A DNA stretch of 22,649 nucleotides from an uncultured Oligoflexus sp. (GTDB taxonomy: Bacteria > Bdellovibrionota_B > Oligoflexia > Oligoflexales > Oligoflexaceae), in the NCBI GenBank assembly GCA_964236955.1, contig CAXSGP010000079.1:1-22649 (forward strand). The letters are read 5' to 3'. The notes under the pieces were generated by a model. It saw only the letters and a program-made list of their open reading frames with translations. It made no database searches and was not told the DNA's origin. The position numbers and the translations under genes are program-made. Shown here one piece after another: positions 8,669 to 17,594 of this stretch (positions are counted from its first letter, which is position 1; each line of letters opens with the position of its first letter).

Positions 8669-8703
8669 GCAAGATTGTTGTCGATAGGGAACCTGCGGAA
8701 CCT

Positions 8704-10440
8704 ATGAATGCTAGACTGCTGAACCTGATAATACGTTCCCTTAGCCTTGTCTACCTCGTCCCGTTTCCGCTACGAGCCCAAGACCGGGACCTTGAGGCCC
8801 TGAAACCGGCCCAAGAAGAATTTACCAAACAGCACTATCCTGCGGCACTTGAACTTCTGCGCACTTATCTTCGGGAGCATCCTAACGATGCGGACGCATG
8901 GGTATGGCTGGGTGCGAGTTATTATCATTGCGGTCAAGCTCAGCTTGCCCTCACGACCCTTTCCAATGCCAAACCAAAAGGTGATCTGAAATCTCTTCGG
9001 CGATACTACATGGCCCTAAGTTACGATGCACTGGGAAAGTCAGAAAAAGCAAAATCACTGCTCTCAGGGCAGGCCCGCTCGAAAGATCTCTTTGCTGAGG
9101 ACGCCCTTTTCGAATGGACCGTCATCGACTTTGAAGAAGGGGACGCATCGGGCGCGAAAGCCAACATCGATGACTATAACAAACGTTTTCCTAACGGTCG
9201 TTATGAAAACCAGATGAAATCGATCCAGGACCATTTGACCGAAGCGGGCCACACCGAGGTCGCCGGCAGTCGAAGAGCTCAATATAAAGCCAGCTACTTC
9301 ACGAGCAATCCCCTCTCGCTCGTGTCGATGCCGCATATGTGGTTCTATGAACTCGGCTATGACTATCTGAGAGGTTCACGAGCCAACCCCGGTTATAAAA
9401 ACCAGGCACCGATCGTTCAGACGGGAGCCGCTTACGAAAACTACAAGCTTACGACCCAGTTCGGATTTATCCTGGGCCCTTTCAAAGGGACAGGGACTCA
9501 GAGCCATACGGGTTACGTCTATTCCCAAAACTGGTTCAGCGACAGTGAGCGCATGAATACCTATTCCTCCGACCCAGGGGATTTTCAATACTTTCCCTTT
9601 CGCCCCGACCTGATGGAGCGAAGCCATCGGCTGTTCGTGGAAACGAGCGGCACCAAGGGCAGTCTGAACTTTGGAGGCTACGCGCACTGGACCTATATCC
9701 GCGCCGGATCGGATCTTTTCCCGGCGCCCGAGCGCCCCGAGATTCGCAAATCCTTCGACCTTGGGATTCGCACCCTTTTCGTGCCCTGGGTGGAATGGCT
9801 GTATAGCTCCCAGCATAAGCTGCGCTTTTACCTTACCTTTGAAAAGCATCTCAATCGAGAACAGGACGATTATTCCTATAAGACCTATAACATCTCGAGT
9901 TCAAGCGCATCGCCGTTCATGAGCTACACCTTGCAAAACGAAAGCCGCTTCTCCTTGCTTGATCTCAAGGTCAAGGAAGAATTCTATCACCAGCAGTACC
10001 TCTATAACGACTATTGGGAGAGCTACACCGCGAATGGATTTGCCGGCCAGGTTCAGGCCCGGGTCGGGGGGAACTTTCATCTCGTGGCGGCCGGCGCTTT
10101 CGCCAACAATGATTTCAGCTCATCGGTCATAAGGTCCCAGTCTTGCAGCGACGTCGGCAAGGAGTTTGGCGGCTCAGCCTCGGGCGGCAATGGCGTTATC
10201 TGTAAACGTACCGATAAAATCATGAAATTTGCGGCCGGTGCAAGTTATGTCAATAATTCGCAACAATCTTTTGCGGCAATATTTAGGTTTGACGACCGAA
10301 AAAATGATAAATTGGTCGTATATAATGAATCGAAGTTCGAGCTTCTATTGGTGTTTACCCACGCCTTTCCCAATTTGCTGGGCGTGGAGCGCTATATAGA
10401 GCCATTCGTGGGATTGGCGGATCAGCGAGGAGTCTTCTGA
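8704..10440 (+). CDS. TPR plus beta-barrel outer-membrane protein (Slam/DUF560-like C-terminus)
   Basis: Signal peptide (LRA|QD), TPRs (HPNDADAWVWLGASYY), aromatic amphipathic strands, and a C-terminal KRTDK...VYNESKFELLLVFTHAF followed by a short extension. Confidence 0.7.
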   Translation: MNARLLNLIIRSLSLVYLVPFPLRAQDRDLEALKPAQEEFTKQHYPAALELLRTYLREHPNDADAWVWLGASYYHCGQAQLALTTLSNAKPKGDLKSLRRYYMALSYDALGKSEKAKSLLSGQARSKDLFAEDALFEWTVIDFEEGDASGAKANIDDYNKRFPNGRYENQMKSIQDHLTEAGHTEVAGSRRAQYKASYFTSNPLSLVSMPHMWFYELGYDYLRGSRANPGYKNQAPIVQTGAAYENYKLTTQFGFILGPFKGTGTQSHTGYVYSQNWFSDSERMNTYSSDPGDFQYFPFRPDLMERSHRLFVETSGTKGSLNFGGYAHWTYIRAGSDLFPAPERPEIRKSFDLGIRTLFVPWVEWLYSSQHKLRFYLTFEKHLNREQDDYSYKTYNISSSSASPFMSYTLQNESRFSLLDLKVKEEFYHQQYLYNDYWESYTANGFAGQVQARVGGNFHLVAAGAFANNDFSSSVIRSQSCSDVGKEFGGSASGGNGVICKRTDKIMKFAAGASYVNNSQQSFAAIFRFDDRKNDKLVVYNESKFELLLVFTHAFPNLLGVERYIEPFVGLADQRGVF

Positions 10441-11048
10441 TGAGTGTCGATGATGGAACCATGGAGCTCATAAGGGAGTCAGTCCAAAGAAAGACTTTGG
10501 TCTATTTCTCCGCCAACAAGGTCAAAGTCGTGTTCCAGACTCAGGTGCATTCGATTCGGAGCCGGTCGGTCGTCCTCTTCAATTCCATACCGCCCGAATA
10601 CATAGGCCGAGTCATGGAATCAGGACAGTTCTACCTCAAGATCCAATCGATTCGATTCGTCTGCGACCAGGTGACGACCGATGGCATCCACATCCTCTAC
10701 CCTCTCGACAACATGCGACTCATAGAGGACAACAGGAATACCAAACGGTTTAACTTTGGTACCAAGGACGCTGCATTTTTAGAGGTGATGAATCCTCTCG
10801 ACAATGAAACGACCTTGAGAAAAAGCCTCCTCGACATGTCCTCGACCGGTCTGTCCTTTCGCACGCCTGTAGAATCCAAGCTCTACAGCGCGGGTCGGCG
10901 CTTCGAGAAGATGCGCATCTATATGGATGGCAAACTTCATAGCGAAGTCGCCGGTCAGGTCGTCTATCAACAATCCTTCCTCACCAAAGACGGCAAGAGC
11001 TACTGTCAGGTCGGCTTTAAATTCGACAGTCCCACAAATAATCGTTAA
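10440..11048 (+). CDS. PilZ-domain protein (putative c-di-GMP receptor)
   Basis: RxxxR (RNTKR) and DxSxxG (DMSSTG) motifs, C-terminal VGFKF. The start overlaps the upstream stop (TGATG), with SD GAGGAG. Confidence 0.85.
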   Translation: MSVDDGTMELIRESVQRKTLVYFSANKVKVVFQTQVHSIRSRSVVLFNSIPPEYIGRVMESGQFYLKIQSIRFVCDQVTTDGIHILYPLDNMRLIEDNRNTKRFNFGTKDAAFLEVMNPLDNETTLRKSLLDMSSTGLSFRTPVESKLYSAGRRFEKMRIYMDGKLHSEVAGQVVYQQSFLTKDGKSYCQVGFKFDSPTNNR

Positions 11049-11083
11049 TCCCTCTTTGCCCTGACTTGAGGACTTACACGTCT

Positions 11084-12526
11084 ATGCAAAAGCTGAAAAA
11101 GCATCAGAAAATATTCGTCAATCGCTCCCTTAACATGGCCTCGATCCGATCCTTAGGATTTGATATGGATCACACTCTGGTCCTTTATAACAGGGTTAAT
11201 TTTGAAAATTTAGCCTTTCATGAGACACTCAAGAAATTTATCGCCAATGGCTATCCTGAGGAACTCTCGACGCTCAAATTCGACCCGAATTTCGTCATCC
11301 GGGGTTTGCTGGTCGACCGGGAGAGGGGCAATCTCTTGAAGGTCGATGCCCACAAGTACGTGAAGGTGGCCTTCCATGGCCACCTGAAGCTCGACAAACA
11401 GGCTCGCTCCGAACTCTATAATTCTCGAGGAATCAAGGCCGATGACTACCTCACCGTCGATACTTTCTTCGCCTTGAGCGAGACCCAGCTTTATATTGAA
11501 ATCGTCGATTACATGCGCCGAAATCCAGGCCAAATCAAAAAGAGCTTTAACGAGGTCTATAGAGACCTTAGGGAATGGATCGATCTCTCCCACCAGGATG
11601 GCTCGATCAAAACCAAGGTTCTCATGGAGCCTTCAAAATACATCGTCCGCGACCCTCATCTGGTCGAGACTCTGGTGAAGCTCATCGACGGCGGCAAGAA
11701 GATTTTTCTTCTCACCAACTCCGATTGGTCCTACACCAACGCGGTCATGACCTATCTGCTGCAGGATCAGCACGAGGAATTTCATCAGTGGCAGGACTAC
11801 TTTGAATACATCATCGTCAGCGCCGGTAAACCGAACTTCTTTACCGGCAGCAATCCCTTCTATGAAGTGATGACCGAACAGGACGGGCTCCTGCGCCTGC
11901 ATCGGGGACCCTTGCTTCCACAAAAGGTTTATCACGGTGGCAACGCGATACTCTTTGAGAGGTTGACCCAGCAGAAGGGCGATCAGATCCTTTACTGCGG
12001 CGACCATATCTACGGCGATATCATGCGCTCCAAGGAACTTTTCAATTGGCGAACCTTTCTCGTCGTGGAAGAGCTTGAAGAGGACTTCAAAAAGACCGAA
12101 AAGATGCAGCCGGAGTTCGAAAAGATCATGGATGCCATACGTGAGGAGGAACAGCTCCAGACCGTCGTGCAGGGCATCCGCTCGGACATCAGCAATCAGC
12201 AGCGTCGGCAAAAACTCAAGCACATGGCAAAGCCTCAGGAAAGCAAGTTTCTTGCGAAGATGCTGGAGCTGCAGGGTGAACTTCAGATCAAGGAAGAGCA
12301 CCTTGAAGCCCAGCACAAGATCATCAAAGAACTTATTTCCCTCCGTGAAAAGGCCTTTCATCCGGTCTGGGGTGAGTTGATGCGGACGAGCCTTGAGAAG
12401 AGCCGTTTCGGCAAGCAGATTGAGTCCTATGCCTGTCTCTACACAAGTCGGGTATCCTCGCTTCGCTTTTATTCGTGCAGTCAGAAGATGCGGTCCTACC
12501 GCGACTTGATGCCACACGACTTATAA
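11084..12526 (+). CDS. HAD-IG family 5'-nucleotidase (cytosolic purine nucleotidase cN-II-like)
   Basis: IFVNRSL, GFDMDHTL (DxDxT), LLTNS, KPNFF, YCGDHIYGD and YACLYTSRV, with a coiled-coil insert. ATG 11084 is preferred over TTG 11066. Confidence 0.92.
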   Translation: MQKLKKHQKIFVNRSLNMASIRSLGFDMDHTLVLYNRVNFENLAFHETLKKFIANGYPEELSTLKFDPNFVIRGLLVDRERGNLLKVDAHKYVKVAFHGHLKLDKQARSELYNSRGIKADDYLTVDTFFALSETQLYIEIVDYMRRNPGQIKKSFNEVYRDLREWIDLSHQDGSIKTKVLMEPSKYIVRDPHLVETLVKLIDGGKKIFLLTNSDWSYTNAVMTYLLQDQHEEFHQWQDYFEYIIVSAGKPNFFTGSNPFYEVMTEQDGLLRLHRGPLLPQKVYHGGNAILFERLTQQKGDQILYCGDHIYGDIMRSKELFNWRTFLVVEELEEDFKKTEKMQPEFEKIMDAIREEEQLQTVVQGIRSDISNQQRRQKLKHMAKPQESKFLAKMLELQGELQIKEEHLEAQHKIIKELISLREKAFHPVWGELMRTSLEKSRFGKQIESYACLYTSRVSSLRFYSCSQKMRSYRDLMPHDL

Positions 12527-12534
12527 GCCGTGGG

Positions 12535-12556
12535 TCGGGCTCAAACCTGAGCCCGA
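12535..12556 (+). terminator. Stem-loop after the nucleotidase gene (possible terminator)
   Basis: TCGGGCTCA-aacc-TGAGCCCGA is a perfect 9-bp stem. The downstream sequence is AT-rich but has no clean U-tract. Confidence 0.55.
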
Positions 12557-12627
12557 AATATTAGTATAAGACTATGATACCTTTATATAAATCTGCATTT
12601 TTGCCCTAATGTCAAGACTGGCCCGGC

Positions 12628-12654
12628 TCAAGATTCCAAGACCATCGCCGATAC
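12628..12654 (+). promoter_or_regulatory. Sigma28/FliA-like promoter for the kinase gene
   Basis: TCAAG-N14-GCCGATAC, matching the TCAAG-N14-GCCGATA form of the FliA consensus. Confidence 0.65.
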
Positions 12655-12731
12655 CCCAACAGACTTAATTTAGGCTCTACCCCCCGATAGACCCATAATC
12701 TATCGGATGAAAGATAGGGACTGACCGCTGC

Positions 12732-15047
12732 ATGATTGATTCGCTGATAGGCAACCGCTATCGCATTAAAGCTCTCATTGGGGAAGGCGGCATGGCGTCC
12801 GTCTATGCCGCCTTGGACGAGAAGCTGGAGCGTCGCGTCGCCATCAAGATCCTGCACCCGCACCTGGCCCGCAATCCCGATATCCGCGAACGTTTCCTAT
12901 TGGAAGCGAAGACCGTATCGGGCCTCGATCATCCCAACATTATCCGGGTCTATGACTTCTCGGGCCTGGATTCCGGCCAGCTTTGGATGGTCACCGAAAT
13001 TCTATATGGTGAAGACCTCTCCGATTTCGTCAAATCCTTCAATCAATCCCGCCTGCAATTCATCATCGCAACGCTTATCACCCGAGAGATCTGTCGGGCG
13101 CTCCATGAAGCTCATAAGCTCAAGATCGTTCACCGGGACATCAAGCCTGAAAATATCATGATGCTGACCAACGGCCAGCTCAAACTTATGGATTTTGGCA
13201 TCGCTAAGGTACATCGCGCGAACGCGACCCAGACGGGAATTTTCATGGGTTCGCCCAGCTACATGTCGCCCGAGCAGATTCGTGGCGTGGATGTTGATTC
13301 GCGAGCCGACATCTACAGCCTTTGTGTTCTCTTCTACGAGATTATTACGGGTACTCTGCCTTTTGTTGGCAAAAGCACGGCCGAAGTCATCAATCGCATT
13401 ATGGTGGGCCGTTATACGCCGCCCAATATGGTGATCACCGACCTGCCCTATGCTTTGAATCTGATCATCGTCAAAGGCCTCCAGCCGCAAAAGGAGGATC
13501 GTTATCAAAGCGTGGCCGAGATGGGTACGGTTCTCGATAACTTTCTCAACAACTGCAATATGCGTGAGAGCCGCATCGAACTTGAGGAGTTTTGCAAAAA
13601 CCGCGCAAAATTCGAAGAGCGACTCGCCCAGATACTGGCGGGCCGATCCAAAACACCTCCTGCCAAAGGCAACGAGCCGAACCAGGCCGGGCCGGGGCGA
13701 AGCCCCCTTTCCGGCAAAGCAAATGCCCAGCAATCGCCCTTGAGCCCCCTATCTCCCGCCGGCAATGGGATTCCGATGCCGGTACCGACGATGATACTGG
13801 ACGAGAGCCAGATGCCGACCCTGCCCCCCGTACGAGGCTCGCAGCCGACGATCACGGCTCCGGGTACGCGCGACCAAAGGCCGCAGGCAGGCCGAAGCGG
13901 CAATAGCAAGGAGCCGCAGTCCAATCGCGGCCCCTCCGTTGATGCCAAGGGCCGGTCGACGGCGCCACCGAGCAATCCAAGGCAAACGATCAGCTCGCAG
14001 TCACCGATAAGACCAACGCAGCCACCGCGCCAAACTTCTTCGCAATCACGCAAATCGAAGAAGGCGGCCTACCGGGTCTTTGCCCACGATGAAAGACGAT
14101 CGAGCAGCGGTAACCTTGGCATCCTGCTTGCGCTGAGTGCAGTCGTTGCCGTAGTCCTGACGTTTATGTTTGGCGGCGAGCGACTTTCAAACCGCTTCAA
14201 ACATGATCCTTCAACGCGCGTGACCAATGGCGAAACGAATCCGCGCCAAACGAGAAAGCCGCGCGTGGATAGCAAAGAGATCGACCCGACCGGGACGGGC
14301 CGGGTAGCTGCCGTCGTCAACAACCCTAAACCAGGAGACGAAATCGTTACCTCGCCCTTGGAATCCCAGACGATTGTGATAAAATCCGATGGCAAATCAA
14401 AGCCCAAAATCCCCAGCACACCCGTCGTCACATCAACTAAAACGCCTTTGATAAAGCCAACTGAGAAGGCGGAACCCTCACCAGTCGTCATCAAACCTGA
14501 GTCGACTCCCGCTTCGTTGACCACTGAAAAAGCGCCCGAGGATAAAATGCCGGAGACCAAGCCGGCTGAAAAAATTAATCCCGGGGAGCAGGGAACCCTG
14601 CGGCTGACGGCATTGCCGGCTGCCGAAGTTTTTCTCGACGGAAAGATGCAGGGCACGACCAACGAGAAAAAGTTTGTCAGTCAGGGTGTTAAACTGGACC
14701 CGGGCTCCTATCTCCTCCGCCTCAGACGCAGGGGCTACAAGGTCGACGAGCAGATGATACAGATCAAGCCTGGCGAATTGCGGCAGATCAATGTCACGCT
14801 AAGCAAGCTGACAGAACTTGTCGAGCTTTCAGTTCAGACCAATAAAATCCCGGCGACTGTCGTCATCGAAGAGAATAAAAGCGGAGGCCGAAAACGCGAA
14901 ATGGCGATGACAAAGCATTCCATTCAAATCAATCTCAAGCCGGGGAGCTATAAAGTCAATGTCAGCTATGAAGACGAGTCGATCAATCGCGTCATCGAAC
15001 TTTCCGAAGAAAACAAATCCATCAATTTCAATGCTGACTTCAAATGA
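12732..15047 (+). CDS. Hanks-type membrane Ser/Thr kinase with a Pro-rich linker, one TM helix and periplasmic PEGA-like domain(s)
   Basis: GEGGMASVY, VAIK, HRDIKPEN, DFGIAK and YMSPEQ. TM LGILLALSAVVAVVLTFMFG. PEGA-like AEVFLDGKMQGTT...LDPGSYLLRLRRRGY. Confidence 0.95.
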   Translation: MIDSLIGNRYRIKALIGEGGMASVYAALDEKLERRVAIKILHPHLARNPDIRERFLLEAKTVSGLDHPNIIRVYDFSGLDSGQLWMVTEILYGEDLSDFVKSFNQSRLQFIIATLITREICRALHEAHKLKIVHRDIKPENIMMLTNGQLKLMDFGIAKVHRANATQTGIFMGSPSYMSPEQIRGVDVDSRADIYSLCVLFYEIITGTLPFVGKSTAEVINRIMVGRYTPPNMVITDLPYALNLIIVKGLQPQKEDRYQSVAEMGTVLDNFLNNCNMRESRIELEEFCKNRAKFEERLAQILAGRSKTPPAKGNEPNQAGPGRSPLSGKANAQQSPLSPLSPAGNGIPMPVPTMILDESQMPTLPPVRGSQPTITAPGTRDQRPQAGRSGNSKEPQSNRGPSVDAKGRSTAPPSNPRQTISSQSPIRPTQPPRQTSSQSRKSKKAAYRVFAHDERRSSSGNLGILLALSAVVAVVLTFMFGGERLSNRFKHDPSTRVTNGETNPRQTRKPRVDSKEIDPTGTGRVAAVVNNPKPGDEIVTSPLESQTIVIKSDGKSKPKIPSTPVVTSTKTPLIKPTEKAEPSPVVIKPESTPASLTTEKAPEDKMPETKPAEKINPGEQGTLRLTALPAAEVFLDGKMQGTTNEKKFVSQGVKLDPGSYLLRLRRRGYKVDEQMIQIKPGELRQINVTLSKLTELVELSVQTNKIPATVVIEENKSGGRKREMAMTKHSIQINLKPGSYKVNVSYEDESINRVIELSEENKSINFNADFK

Positions 15048-15134
15048 TTGCCCGGTCATTTTCTCCCCTGCTTTTCTTCCATTCAGAGAATATCAAGATC
15101 ATTTCCCCAGGAACTATGAGTGCAATGTTAATTC

Positions 15135-15163
15135 TTGCCAAATCCTAAGCGTCGCGCTATGAA
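15135..15163 (+). promoter_or_regulatory. Possible sigma70 promoter
   Basis: TTGCCA-N17-TATGAA, about 70 nt upstream of 15233. Confidence 0.35.
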
Positions 15164-15232
15164 CCCACAAGAACTCCAATAGAAGTCTTTAGAACGGAAT
15201 GAAGAATTTGCGCCTAAAGGTAAGGGTACGTC

Positions 15233-17587
15233 ATGAAATTATTTTCAAGGTATTTGGGCCGGGGGTTTACGCTCGCGGCCGGGCTGGCTCTTGCGGGATC
15301 CGGCACTGCTTTCGCCAAGGTCTGGACAATTCCTGCCTCGGATCAACTCGAGTTCGACGCCCAGGAAGCTCTCATCCTAGCGCAGCCGGGTGATACCGTG
15401 CTGTTGCCGGCCGGCCGTTTCAAGATGGAGGGAGAATTGACGATCAACACGCCTTCCATCACCCTTAAAGGCCAGGGAATGGATAAAACCGTGTTGGTCT
15501 ATGGCGGCGATGCGGCCGGAGCCCAGGCCGTCTACGCGGCGGCCGACCATGCGACGGTCGAGGATCTCGGTGTCGTCGATCAGCCGGGAGACGGAGTTAA
15601 GATCATTGGTGCCAACGGTGCCACGATTCGCCGCGTAAAGGTGGAGTGGACCAAACAAGGCAGTGCTGATAATGGTGGCTACGGTATTTATCCGGTTCAA
15701 TCCGCCAATGTATTGGTTGAAGATAATGTGGTTATCGGCGCTTCCGATGCGGGGATCTATGTGGGTCAGTCTCATCAGATCATCGTTCGTAATAACCGTG
15801 TGGAATATAGCGTGGCCGGACTGGAGATTGAAAACTCTCAAAACGCCGATGTCTACAATAATGATCTTAGCAACAACACCGGAGGCCTGCTGGTCTTCAA
15901 CTTACCGAATCTTCTCGTTCAGGGTGGCCATGGCACGCGTCTTTTCAATAACAGGATAGTCTCGAATAACTTCCCAAACTTCGCACCGCCCGGCAACAGT
16001 GTCGCGACAGTGCCGCAAGGCACCGGAATACTCATCATGTCCAATGACGATGTGGAGATCTTCGGCAATACCATCGACCGCCATAATACGACGAGCATTG
16101 CGATCGTGAATTACCTGATCACCGAGCGAGTCGTCGAAGATCCTAACTACGATTCGCTTCCCGAGAGTATCTACATTCATGATAACACGCTACGAAATGC
16201 TGGTAAAAACCCTATTAAGGGCACCAATCAACTTGGCATTGTAGCGGCAGCGCTGAGCTTTCCCCATCGGATCCCTCATATCACCTATGACGGTCTTGGC
16301 CAACCCGATGCCGATGGCAAGCCAACCGAAGCCAAGCAGGAAGGCGACAGGCGCATCTGTATTGGCAAGAACGATCAGGATGGTGGCGACAAAAGTTATT
16401 TCGGCAATCTCAATCTTTGGACCAAGGCCTGGTGGTCGCCTATTCCCGGCAAGATGAACAGGGATATGAGCAAACATCTCTGCGAAGGTCCCGTCCTCAA
16501 TCCCGTCACCCTTGCCGACGTTCCACCCCTTCCCGATCCTCTACCGCCGCAATCGGAAAGTGAAATTGCAGCCCTATGTTCGGCGCCTCACGACGGCGTG
16601 AATTGGCAAGCCCTGAGCGTTGACTGTCCCAAGCTTAGTGATTATGGCCTTTTCAAAAACCCTCGCGATGCTTTGGCCGGAGCAAACGCGGGCGGTTATC
16701 CTTATGATCTGACCACGCCGCTGTTTTCCGATTATGCGGTCAAGGATCGCAGGCTCTTTATTCCCCCGGGTGAACAAGCGACCTACCGCGCTGACCGTGC
16801 GTTTGATATTCCGATCGGTGGCGTCATCGCCAAAACCTTTTATTTCGCGGCCAAAGCCGCAGAGCCTCAGGGACTTCGGAAACTTATTGAAACCCGCCTT
16901 CTCGTGCACAGAGCCGAAGGTTGGAAAGGCATCGTCTACGTTTGGGACGGAAACGATGCTAAAATTAGACGCGGTGGTGCAAAGGTTCAGGTCGCTTGGA
17001 TCGACACGGCCGGCACGCTGCAAACTCACGGCTATCGCGTGCCTAACCAGGCTCAATGCACAGGCTGTCACTCCAGGAGTGAACCGATCGGTATCAAGGC
17101 GGGTTATCTCAATCGTAATGGTCAAAGCGAGTTTGCCGGCGAGAACCAGCTGAGCGCGCTGGCCAATGCCGGAGTGCTGATCGGATTGCCAGGAGACCCA
17201 AAGAATATCCCTAAATTTGCAGCCTGGAACGATCCGAATTCGGGGACTCTTGCTGAGCGGGCCAAGACCTATCTCGATATCAACTGCGCGCACTGTCACA
17301 GCGTAACGGGGAAGGCCAGCACCTCGGGCCTCTATCTTAATCTCGGCCAGCCGCAAGATGTAAATTTTGGCTTCTGCAAACCTCCTATTGCCGCCGGTCG
17401 CGGAGCCGGGGGAACACTGTTTGATATCGTCCCCGGCAAGCCGAAGGAATCGATCTTGATCGGCAGAATGGATTCGATCAAAGCCGCGGTTAAGATGCCT
17501 GAACTTTCCAAGGGAATGGTTCATGCTGAAGGTGTGGAGTTGGTATCGCAGTGGATCCAATCTCTGCCTGGAACCTGTAAAGAGTAA
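15233..17587 (+). CDS. Exported parallel beta-helix protein fused to an SO2930-family diheme c-type cytochrome
   Basis: Signal peptide AFA|K. Beta-helix repeats (YGIYPVQS, DAGIYVGQS, GLEIENS, NNTGGLLVFNLP) and a Pro linker. Then PLFSDYAVKDR, ETRLL, CTGCH, YLDINCAHCH and KMPEL. Confidence 0.9.
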   Translation: MKLFSRYLGRGFTLAAGLALAGSGTAFAKVWTIPASDQLEFDAQEALILAQPGDTVLLPAGRFKMEGELTINTPSITLKGQGMDKTVLVYGGDAAGAQAVYAAADHATVEDLGVVDQPGDGVKIIGANGATIRRVKVEWTKQGSADNGGYGIYPVQSANVLVEDNVVIGASDAGIYVGQSHQIIVRNNRVEYSVAGLEIENSQNADVYNNDLSNNTGGLLVFNLPNLLVQGGHGTRLFNNRIVSNNFPNFAPPGNSVATVPQGTGILIMSNDDVEIFGNTIDRHNTTSIAIVNYLITERVVEDPNYDSLPESIYIHDNTLRNAGKNPIKGTNQLGIVAAALSFPHRIPHITYDGLGQPDADGKPTEAKQEGDRRICIGKNDQDGGDKSYFGNLNLWTKAWWSPIPGKMNRDMSKHLCEGPVLNPVTLADVPPLPDPLPPQSESEIAALCSAPHDGVNWQALSVDCPKLSDYGLFKNPRDALAGANAGGYPYDLTTPLFSDYAVKDRRLFIPPGEQATYRADRAFDIPIGGVIAKTFYFAAKAAEPQGLRKLIETRLLVHRAEGWKGIVYVWDGNDAKIRRGGAKVQVAWIDTAGTLQTHGYRVPNQAQCTGCHSRSEPIGIKAGYLNRNGQSEFAGENQLSALANAGVLIGLPGDPKNIPKFAAWNDPNSGTLAERAKTYLDINCAHCHSVTGKASTSGLYLNLGQPQDVNFGFCKPPIAAGRGAGGTLFDIVPGKPKESILIGRMDSIKAAVKMPELSKGMVHAEGVELVSQWIQSLPGTCKE

Positions 17588-17594
17588 CGCCCGG

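Noticed and set aside
11633..12517. 294-aa antisense ORF, and similar ones at 16574-17560, 13002-13733, 17709-18452 and 1127-1651
   Set aside because: These are shadow frames of well-supported genes and have no motifs of their own.
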